A stretch of DNA of 31,783 nucleotides, from positions 62,001 through 93,783 of the forward strand of contig JBFLGF010000077.1 in NCBI GenBank assembly GCA_050230475.1. The letters are read 5' to 3'. The notes under the pieces were generated by a model, which saw only the letters and a list, made by a program, of their open reading frames with translations, had not been told where the DNA came from and did not search any database. This document shows positions 11,649-21,203 of the stretch, one piece after another. This stretch comes from Ancylonema sp. (Eukaryota). Position numbers and translations under genes: made by a program. Numbering within the stretch: the first letter of the stretch is position 1; each line of letters opens with the position of its first letter.

Positions 11649-12426
11649 GGCTCAAGATAACAAAGTGGCTCAGTAATCGCTGAGTGGGGGCAGAGATTCA
11701 TGCCCACTCAAAAGATCCTACCATCCACCATTCTTCTTTTCACCAGGCCTCGCACAGAGTCAATTATTGATGCCTCGTCTTCACTGTAACAACTCCGTGT
11801 CCTGACCACCACTGTGTTGCCTGCTAACAGTCTGATCAATCAACCATACAAGCCCTCAAATAACTTCCTTACCCGTGCCACTTGGCGTGGCACGGGGAAA
11901 TTCCATCCTGCTCGTGACTATCGCTGCCATAGGGCACGGGAACTCGGGGGCTCATGTAATGTCTATCCTGCAGGGAAACTGCACCGCATACCACGAACAG
12001 CGTACACGTCGGCAACCACCCAGCACAATGCGGGTTGGCTGGCGCGTGCTAAAGTAGGAATCGCGTTCGCACGCGTTTTTCGGATTTCCTCAATTTCGTC
12101 CAAAACTAGGTACTGGTTAGTAACCAGTACCCGCATGACAAGTTATTCCCCGGCCCCTGGGGCTGGGTACAACAGCAACTTCACCTGGGACGGCAGCGTC
12201 CGGTTTCGTTGAATTCTGGGTCAAGCCATCCGCGACTTGTACTTCAGCGAAGTCATTTCGCCCGCGCCCCACACATGTGCGGAAGACACGCGAAGTCCAT
12301 CCCCTCCACGGTAGAATGTGGCACGATCAACGTGACGCGTGTGAACGGTTTGTTTTCACGTGCACTAGTGGTTAGCGCTTGATCTGAGATCTTTGGCCTC
12401 GAGATCCGGGGCATTGGCGTGGCGCA
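11649..12426. promoter_or_regulatory. Short divergent (head-to-head) intergenic/promoter region between the type II membrane gene and FAM91A1
   Basis: The ATGs at 11648 (-) and 12427 (+) are ~780 bp apart. The region contains a G-box CACGTG (12357-12362), ACGCGT motifs and several inverted repeats. Confidence 0.5.
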
Positions 12427-15400
12427 ATGCCGCCCGTAGCTTCCGCCATGGAGGAGCAGATGATGGCGAAAGCTATCGCTGAGGACGTCCCGTGGGATAA
12501 GCTTCCAAAGCGCCTCAAACTATTCCTCGGCACAAATGAGGAGTGGCTACGACAGTGAGCACCCACTCTTCTTGTTCGATCCCTGAATCAATGCAGGCCA
12601 CCTGGTCGCACATTGTGTTCTATTTTCTCGCTGACTATGGTATGGGTTCGCCGGGTTGGGGGTGGTGCAGCATAAAGACACATTGTCTGAAGAAAAAGCT
12701 CCGGTGGTCTGAATCCCCCGCACGTGCCAGCTTCAAAGAGGCGGAATACTACGAGGACCTGATGAAGTACCTTCATGCTTCCCAAGCAGTATACTTTCTG
12801 CCCCCTTCCTGCTTGACTTCCGTTGACTCGAACCGAATGCGGGGGTCATGACGTCATTCATGCACACATAAAAGGAAATGAGCTCACACCGCCATACCAT
12901 CAGTCACGCATGCCCGCTCTACAGCCTGCATGCGTCGCAAGTATATATACATCAACCATGGTTACTGTAAACTATGGTGACAATGACACTAGACCACTCC
13001 TACTTCCTGGCCCACGCTTTCCTCATCTCGCCCACCCCTCCCCGCCCCCCACCCTCCAGCCCTTCCCCTACCACCTTGCCGACTACGTGTCCCGCGTCAT
13101 GCGCATCTCCCCCTTCAAGTTCTACACCGACCTTCTCTACGAAACCATGCGCCAAGGTCAGACCTTTGACAACCGCCCCCCCCTCCCCCCATGCTGCACC
13201 TGCATACCAGCTCCTCACATGACCTTTCTCAAGACTAAATCCATGACATATGGTATTTGTGCTGGCATAACGAACCCCCTCCCGTTTTTCTCCGTTGTAC
13301 TAGAGCGATCCTACGACACCATCCCCAACTTCACCGCAGCGGACTGCTTGCGGGAGACGGGCATCGGGCGCAACCAATTCATTGACATCATGAATAAAGC
13401 ACGGTCCAAGGTGAGAACACCATCCCCCCCCCCCCCAAAACGGTTCCCCGTGGTCACCCGGGGGGTATCTCTGGGGAAACACGTGGCGGTCCTCCTGGTT
13501 GGTTTCAGCTGATGTGGCGCGTGAATCGTAGTCTGGTGAAGGAGCTCCTGCCACCTCAGCCGTTGGATTTCCCTCTCCATCCGTGGTGGCTCGTATGCGT
13601 CGTGAATCTCACAACAGAGGAGTACAGGGTAAGCCCCCATCCCACCCCCCCCCCCCTCCCAGGTGACTCCAACAGAACAATCACCTGAAATAACTGTCCC
13701 AAACTCCCAACCTCCTCAAATACACAACTTCCCAATGCCCCCCAACCACCCCCCCACCCCTCCCCCCCCAACCTCCCCCCCCCCCCTCCAGCGCCTAAGT
13801 GAAGAGGAGGCTGCAGTAGTCCAGCGCAGCGGGGCGGAGGGTGCCGCGTTGGTGGGCGAGTTCGACGTGTCCCTCCTCCGCCAGCTGTACCGCAAGGGGC
13901 TGCTGTACTACGAGGTGCCCGTGTATCCCCACGACCACTTCCAGGTGTCGTCCCTGGAGGGGTTCGTGTCCAACGTGAACCAACAGCACGAGGATCAGAC
14001 GGAGGGGTGAGCGACACCCCCTCCTCCCCCCCCCCCCGGTACCCCCTCTGTTGAAAACACCTGGACCCGCTGTTGGAAACTCCGGGAGCCTCTGTTGAAA
14101 ACACCTGGAGCACCTGATGCCCTCATGGAAACCCACCCGCCCTCCCCCCCCTCCCCCCCCTCCGTTGCAGTCTCCTGTACAATCTCCTGGTGGCCAACAG
14201 TGCCCAGAGCAACGTGGAGGAGCTGGCCAGTACCCTGCAGGCGGATTTGGGCCAATTAGAGGCCGCCGTGAGCCTGGCATGCCGTCTGGGTTGGGCTCAC
14301 AAGATCATGGACGCGGAGGCGGAGCTGGGAGGGGAGCAGCCCGCGTCTCCCCAGGCCAAGTACAGCGATACGGACCAGGGACAGGGCGACTTCCAGGGCG
14401 CGGAGGGGGGGGAGGGGGGGAGGCTGCGGTTGGGGCTCATGGTGGACGCCAACCTCTCCTCCTTCCTCATGATGGGCTCATTCTCCCACGGCCTCAAGCA
14501 GCAGGCGGTCACCCTATTCGAGGCAGGAAAACTGGGGAACAAAGCGGTGGAAGAACTGAGTGCCGACCTCAAGTGTGTGGAGAACACGTCGCTAGAGGGG
14601 GAGCTGCAGCACTTTGCAGACCACGCGGCTAGTCTCAGGATTGCTCTCAATTGTCTGAGGGGGGGGGGGGCTGCCCCGCGGGAGGGGAAAGGCAGGGGGG
14701 GGGACGCGCAGGAGGCCGTTCAAAACGGTCCCGCTACCCCCTCCCCCCCCTCGGCGGCCGTGGTAGAGGTGTCTGAGGAGGCAGGGGTGGGGGAGGGGGT
14801 GAGGGTGCATCTGGACGAGGGGGGGGAGGAGGGGGAGGAGGAGGAGGAGTTTGGGGGTTGGCAGGGGGCGGAGGGGGGGGGGGGGTCTGACGCAGGCAGG
14901 GAGGAGAGCGGGTCGACCCAGGAGGAATTGGAGAGGGGGGGCAGTTTCGGGGAGAGGGGTGGGGTGCTGCCAGCTGTCAGACGCCCCAGGAACAGCGTGG
15001 AGGTGTTGAGGTGCGAGAGTTTGGCGGGTCTCCCCCCCGCCACCCTACACAGATTACTGAGGAGGGACTATAACGTGGTAGTGTCCATTGTGCCTCTAGC
15101 CTCCCACCACCCCATCCTGTCCCCCCACATCCACAGTCCCGTCCACTTCGGCCCCCCCTCCCCCGCTGCTCAAACCCCCTGGATGAAGCTTCTGTTGTAC
15201 ACAGCTGGGGGGTGCGGGCCCGTCACGGTTGCCCTCATGCGGGGGCAGCGGTTACGGTTACTCCCCCCCCCCCTGGCCGGTTGCTGGAAGGCCCTGCTGT
15301 GGAGTTGGGATGGGAGCAGTGTGGGGGGGGTGGGGGGGCAGATGTAGGGGTCCCTGGTCCCTGGCTCCACTCTGCTGTACGTCGTCAATCAACTGCTCAG

Positions 15401-16749
15401 GCATTCCGCCCTCCTCCTTCAGCCCCTGCCGTTCGGATCCGTCAGTTTGGGAGGGGCGGATGCGGAACCAATCACGGCCCTCGTCCCCCTCCCCCTCTCT
15501 ATGTCGTCGGACGACCCGGCCTCTCCCGGCCTGCCACCTGTGCTCGAGGACGCGCTTCCGACCCTCTCCATTGGCCCCCGAACCGCCAGCTGGGATTGGT
15601 GGCCCCAGTGGTCGGATCACCCCGCAGTCATGAGAGTGGTACAAGAACTTAGTCTCAAATCCGTGGGGTACCTGCTGATGATGCAAGTGGGCCCCTCCCC
15701 GAAATCCGACCCCCTCCCCCCCCCCACCGACCCGGACTCGGGCGCCCCGGGGGGGGGGGGGGGGGGGGAAGAAAGAGCGGGAGTGGGTCCCCCAGTGCGT
15801 GGAATTCGGGATCCCGTTATTCGACACCCCCCTGTGCCGCAAGGTGTGCGAGGGGGCGGTAAAAGAGGGCGTGTTTGAGCCCACCGCCCTGGAGCAGCAG
15901 CGGGGGATCATGCAGGGCCTCCGCAGGCGGCTGGCGGCGTTCATGGCCGATTACGGGGCCAATGGGAGCGTCGCACGTGCGACGTTCGAGGGGAACCGCG
16001 CGGTGCTGCATAGGGTTCAGAGTCGGTGGAGTACGGCCAGGTTGGTACTGCGGTCGGTGGCCATGTTTTCGCCGAATGTGAGCGTGGGGGGGGACTTGAG
16101 GAGCCCCAAGCAGAGGATGGCGGCTTCTAGACAGCTGAGGAGGAGCGTGTCGGAGATCGGGGTGCTGACCATGTGGGACCTTACTTCCCCCTTTGTTTTT
16201 TTTTTTTTTTTTTTTTTAGGGCGAAAGTTGCGGGGTAGAGTTGTAGATTCATGGTTCAGGTTTGTTTAGAGTGTGGGGTTGGGGATTTTAGGGTTTATGG
16301 GATTTCGGGGTACAATGGTGTGTAGCTATGATTCGCCCCTCTCTATGTGGTTCCGGGTCTAAGTTTTTGGGACTTTGGGGTTTGTAAGGGTTTGGGGGTC
16401 GGTGGGGGCAATGGGATCTGAGTGGTGGGGGAGGTTTGTTGGGTTTTGGGGTTTTGGGGTTTTGGGGTTTTGGGAGTTCAGGAGTAAGAGTAACCGATTT
16501 GTGGCCCCCGAGCATCAAGTGTTTGAGTCGGAGGAGGAGGAGGGGGGGGGGGAGGAGGTGACGTTGGATTCGGACAAAGTGCAGGAAGATGCGGGGGATG
16601 CGGCAGTGGTCGCCCTGCCAGGTGTCAACCTCCTGTTCAGCGGATCCGTGCTCCTTCCGTTTGATGTGAGTGGGTATATGCAGGGGAGGCTGCCAGCTAG
16701 TCTCGTGGCGCATGCGAATGCTGCTGGGAGGCAATCGTTGAGTGATTAA
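12427..16749 (+). CDS. FAM91A1: FAM91A1 homologue (WDR11/FAM91A1 vesicle-tethering complex); exons 12427-12554, 12671-12788, 13060-13156, 13304-13410, 13509-13628, 13792-14006, 14171-~16170, ~16482-16749; in-frame TAG at 15345-15347 and frameshift in G20 at 15749-15768 as assembled
   Basis: Spliced translation contains the FAM91 motifs PWDKLPKRL, EAEYYEDLMKYL, FPYHLADYVSRVMRISPFKFY, SYDTIPNFTAADCLRETGIGRNQFIDIMNK, LEGFVSN, SLACRLGWA, DANLSSFLMMGS..GLK..AVTLFEAGKL, EGELQHFADHA.SLR, VEVLRCESL, TPWMKLLLY, EWVP..VEFGIPLF and the plant-type C-terminus LPGVNLLF.G..L.PFD. The last donor site is unresolved. Confidence 0.95.
14045..14110. repeat. Intronic ~22-bp tandem repeat x3 (CCTCTGTTGAAAACACCTGGA)
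   Basis: Identical 21-mers at 14045-14065 and 14089-14109 with a degenerate copy between them, in FAM91A1 intron 14007-14170. Confidence 0.8.
16441..16474. repeat. (TTTTGGGG)n-like low-complexity repeat in the last FAM91A1 intron
   Basis: GGGTTTTGGGGTTTTGGGGTTTTGGGGTTTTGGG immediately upstream of the CAG acceptor at ~16481, within a generally T/G-rich intron. Confidence 0.8.
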
Positions 16750-17261
16750 GGGTATGTGAGGGATGGTTTAAAAGGACTGTGAATTAGTGGGGGAGGGTGA
16801 GGGATATGCCGTTGGTTGGTTGGCATGCAAGTTCTATGTCGGTTTGTGTAGACATTGACGATCTTTGAGGTGAAGATGTATCGAGGGATAAGGTATTATA
16901 TGAGTGAGAAACAAGTTTCTCGTGGGGTTCAATTAGTTTTTTGGTTACCATTCTTCATTGCAAGTCTGCTTTTGTTAGTTGCTTCGGGCATCATAGCCTG
17001 ATGCTACACAATTATTTGCCTCACCTCCATCTTCCTAGGCAATGATAGATACAAAGGAAAAATGATATCTCTTCTATTTTTACAACTTGTTGTGACTATA
17101 CTCTTACAATGCCGCACACTTCAATGTGCCTGCCTCGTAAAAACAAAAAACAAAAAAAAACCGTGACAATCACAAAAGGGAGGCAAGATGGCTCAAAAGA
17201 TAAATAGTGGTCGAAAAACCTCCTCAAAAATAATTTACTATCCTCCCGCCACAGCTCCGCC

Positions 17262-20200
17262 CTACCTCCCAACGTCAAGCCTTTCCGTTTTCTCAGGCAA
17301 ACTAAACTCACTCGTGAACACAACCTGGCCTGAAGTTGTCGTCGCCCGATGATCAACCCCAAACGACTTCACTTCTCCGCTCGACGCATGCGACGAAGGT
17401 GCATAGCTCGAAAAATCCGCACTTGTCATCGGGGGCATCCTTTGAGCGTATGAAACGGACCCCGACCCTCGTTCACTCGTGTTGTACCCCCCGCTGCCAT
17501 ACACCTCAAACTGTTGGCTTGCGAAACCGGGCGGGGGTCGGAAGTCCGGTTGTTGGGGGTACAGGGAGCCGATTGGGTTAAATTCCGAGCTGTGAGTTGG
17601 ATGTGACGGGGGACCGCGGGTGGGGGTTGGTGACGCGGCCGACCGTGGGGTTGTAGAAGAGATTGTGGTTAGGTTTGGGGAGCCGGAGGTGGAACCGCGT
17701 GTGTGGCCGGATACGGTGAACGAATTCGGCTGCAAACACGCGACACGGGACAGAGGGGAGTTTCTTACTACTTGAATCTTCACTTTTAGGAAAGCCCAAA
17801 ATTCCGGTGCTCTACTTTTGAAGTAGCACCTCGAAAAACGTGACGGTATCTGAGAACGAACCACTCGTGTTTGACGCGTCATTAGCTTTTTGGACGAACT
17901 TTGATCTGCGTTCCTCTACTCGGTGAAACCGGATTACGTTTGTGAGAAGCAACACGGAAAGTACAACACCACCATTTTATCATTTTATCATTTTATCATA
18001 TCCATCATAGAATAAAAGACTCCATGAGTAAACGAATCGGCCATCGCCTTCTCCCTCCAAGTGACGTCACTGCCCATTGCATGCCTACCTCAGGGCTTCT
18101 TGACCCCCCATCCACGGAAGACGACCCAGAACCCGCAGACTCTCTTCCGGAACCGCCAGGCTCCGTTCCACGCAATATCCTTAACGCCTTCGACTCGTGA
18201 CCTTGAAGCATTTGCACAACCTGGCGCAGTGGACAAAAAAACACCAAAAATGTCAAGAAAAGTACATGACACCCATACATAGCCAATCTAAGAAGGATTA
18301 CAAAACTTGAGGTAGCAAGAACATACACTTTACATCGCTCGAATATTCTTTGAAAAATAAATATTGCTGTTCCTATCAAGGGCGGTGTGCGAAAAGTCTC
18401 AAAAAGCTCTGAACCCTACAAAGTCCCAACGTCTCACCTCCCCCATGGTTGGCCTCCGACTCGCCGCCTCCCTCGTACAATACGCTGCCGTCTCCATCAT
18501 CCTCACCATGCTCTCCTCATCAAACCGTCCGTTCAAACGAGGGTCAATCATCTCCTGCATCCTGTTCTGGTCGATCAGGCGTTGGGCCCTCTTCCACAGG
18601 CATTTGTGCCCTTTGGGCTGCTCACGGTCGTTGGCCTTGAGCCCGCTGATGGCCTCCAGCACCACCACGCCGAAACTGAACACGTCTGACTTCTCCGTCA
18701 TCTGACCGCTGGTGATGTACTCGGGAGCCACGTAGCTGGGGAAAGGAACACCAGCAGAAAAGAAGGGGGGGTTGGGTTGAGGTTCGGGTTCGGGTTGGGG
18801 TTGTGGGTTTCGATTCGGGTTCGGGTTTGGGTTTATTTTTATGTTGGAGTGGGTTTGGGAGGTCGTCATTTCTGTATTTTCTGTCTTCATTATTTGGTTG
18901 GGTATGCAGTGCAAAAGCATAAAATGGAATGTGCACCCAAAACCAAACAAGTGAATTGGCCCATTCCTCACTCCTCACCCTGGAGACCCCATCACCCGCG
19001 TCGTGAGGTGGGTGTACGTGTCGGGCGCCAGCTTGGCTAATCCGAAATCTGCCACCTGGCAAAAAAAAAACCCCGTGTACGAATGCCAATCATTCAGACA
19101 AGCACCCATGTGGTTCCGCACTCGATCCTATCCACGGTGCAACTCCCTCCCTCTCAAGCAGAAAGCAGAATACGGAACCCCAGTCTGTGACCTGAACCCC
19201 GAAATCTGAACTACCTTTGCCTCCTGTTGGGAGTCGATGAGAATGTTTTCCGCTTTGATGTCACGATGGAAAATCCGTGGATCGCCTGCACAACAAAAAC
19301 CACTCCAAATATGAAACAGTATTCAAACCTAGGCGTAAATTCAGCTGCACTTCGCCTACATTGCACGGAAAATGAGGGGCGGGAGCTAGACTGCAACAAC
19401 CCCAGCCCTCCCCAGCCAACCCCAGTCCCAATTGACATATCCGAGTCTCGAATCTCACAATCATGGTGCAGGTAGGCCAGCCCCCTGGCCACTCCCAGTA
19501 TGACCCTCACACGTGTGGACCACTCCAGGTTGCCTGCGGGGACCGACAGTCGAAATCAGTACTGAGAAACAAAGACAGAAGGGGGAATCGATAACCCCCT
19601 GGAGAAGGCGATGAACCCAGCAAACAGAATTGGGGCTTCAGCATCCACACCGAAGTACCAAAGTAATGTAGTACTTTTTTAAATCTACATGTACCCTTTT
19701 TTTCTTAATAAAAAAAAACAAGTACCCCACCCCCCACATTCACTCACGCTCAAGGTTTTGCAGCAGGGTCCCCCCCGTGACATACTCCAAAATGAGCATC
19801 CTCTCGCCCTTCAAAACGCAGCACCCGTAGAGAGCTACTAGGTTCCTGTGATGCACGTGGCTGATAATCTGCGCCTCGCTCGTGAATTCCCGCTCCCCGT
19901 CCGCCCCTGAATCCTTGAGAACCTTCACCGCAATTTCCCGCCCGCCAGCTGTCACGCCCTTGTAGACTCTCCCGTAGCCCCCCATGCCCAAAAAGTTGTC
20001 GTCCGAAAAATTGTTCGTGGCGGTTTTTATTTCTTGTGGTGAGAACACAGCACCCCCCGCCCCCCAGCCGCCCCCCCCCGCCCCCCCGAAAACACCCCCC
20101 CCCCGCGGTGAATGTCGGCTCCCTTCTGACAGCGAGTCCACAGTTGCGGATACAGAGGGGGCTACAGTCATGAGTTGACTTTGACGCTCCCCCGGGGTAG

Positions 20201-21203
20201 CTGGTTGACTTCCAGACGCCATTGCACCCCAGCTTTTCTTGCCGCTTTCAACTGGACCTGCCAACCCCCCCAACCCAACTCCACAATAATGCTCAGACTC
20301 CTACAACCTACCAGCAAGATACGGGGGCAATTTTACGAATTTTAGCTGGCTATAAGAAAATCCGGAAAAAAGGCCATAAGAGTACGAGTGGGCGCGGTTT
20401 GTACCGCCAGTCGGAGGGACATTGTTCGTTACAGCGGTGGCCTTCCGTCTTTGCCAGCAGGCGATGAAACCGAGAATAGCCCCCACCAGAACAACGGCTA
20501 AAACGACGGCAACGATGATAGGGGTATAATTTGTGCCCCCTCCTCCGGCGCTGGGTACGGGCGCTCTTGAGACTGAGTCTCCAGGCGGCGCTGGCGCAAA
20601 CAGCGCGGATGGGACTGGGTGGGCGACAGGAGTTGGCGACGGGGGGGGGTTTGACGCGATTCGGGGAGGGGGGTGGCGAATCGGGGATTGCGATGGAGAT
20701 ACCGCCGGAAGAGGGGTGATAGGGGTTGGCAACGGGGGGCTTGTCGACGCAATTTGGGGAGGAGAAGGGCGACTCAGAGATGGCGATGCAGAAATTGGCC
20801 GAAGAGGGGCAGCAAAAGTCGGCAACGGGGGGTTTGCTGACGCATTTTGGGGTGGGGAGGGGGGATTCGGAGATGGCGATGCAGAAATAGACGGAAGAGG
20901 GGCAAATTGGATTGGCGAGGGGGGGGTTGTTGACGCGATTTGGGGAGGGGAAGGGGGAATAGGAGATGGCGATGGAGATATTGCCGGAAGAAATGCCGGC
21001 GCAGTTGGCGGCGGTGGAGAAATATTCTCGGTCTGGCCGGGTTTGGACGGCTTGGGTGGCTTGGGGTCTTTAGGGGGCTTTCCATTTCCATTTTCTTTGC
21101 CAGAGGCAGATTGTGGAGGAAACCTGGGTGCATCTACAAGAAGTTTTCGAGCCTTCACGTCGTACTCCAGAGCTCCACGAGCTCCACGAATATAACCTGG
21201 CAT
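17262..21203 (-). CDS. Proline-rich extensin-like receptor kinase (PERK-like RLK/Pelle), ~809 aa from ATG 21203; exons 21203-20405, 20257-19748, 19533-19459, 19285-19215, 19055-18979, 18735-18438, 18220-18089, 17729-17262; N-terminus may extend to 21373
   Basis: Pro/Ser-rich ectodomain, TM helix IIVAVVLAVVLVGAILGFIACW followed by RRK, then a complete spliced RD kinase: FS..EI..AT.NFS..NFLG.GGYGRVYKG, IAVKVLK, GEREF..E..IISHVHHRNLV.LYG.C, ARGLAYLHHDC.PRIFHRDIKAENIL, VADFGLAKL, TH.TTRVMGSPGYVAPEY, TEKSDVFSFGVV.LE, RRPTMGEVV..L. All junctions are GT-AG and the phases are consistent. Confidence 0.92.
18768..18834. repeat. Intronic hexamer repeat (GGGTTC/GGGTTG)n
   Basis: gggttgggttgaggttcgggttcgggttggggttgtgggtttcgattcgggttcgggtttgggttt within kinase intron 18978-18736. 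Confidence 0.75.
20616..20987 (-). repeat. Coding tandem repeat, 4 x 93 bp (31 aa), in the kinase ectodomain
   Basis: PAISPSPSPIPPSPPQIASTTPPSPIQFAPL / PSISASPSPNPPSPPQNASANPPLPTFAAPL / RPISASPSLSRPSPPQIASTSPPLPTPITPL / PAVSPSQSPIRHPPPRIASNPPPSPTPVAHP. Confidence 0.9.

Noticed and set aside
15345..15347. Genetic-code reassignment of TAG to Glu/Gln
   Set aside because: TAG plausibly terminates the kinase (17264-17262) and NAC (23139-23137) ORFs. Only one in-frame TAG appears across the four well-conserved genes, while Glu and Gln use normal codons.
16210..16474. Interstitial telomere (TTTAGGG / TTTTGGGG-like motifs)
   Set aside because: Only isolated TTTAGGG copies and four T4G3-4 units occur within a generally T/G-skewed intron; there is no extended canonical array.
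20533..21195. 220-aa Gly-rich ORF on the + strand, and the many other GC-rich ORFs overlapping FAM91A1, the kinase and NAC
   Set aside because: These are antisense or alternative-frame shadows of Pro-rich and GC-rich exons, with no independent motifs.
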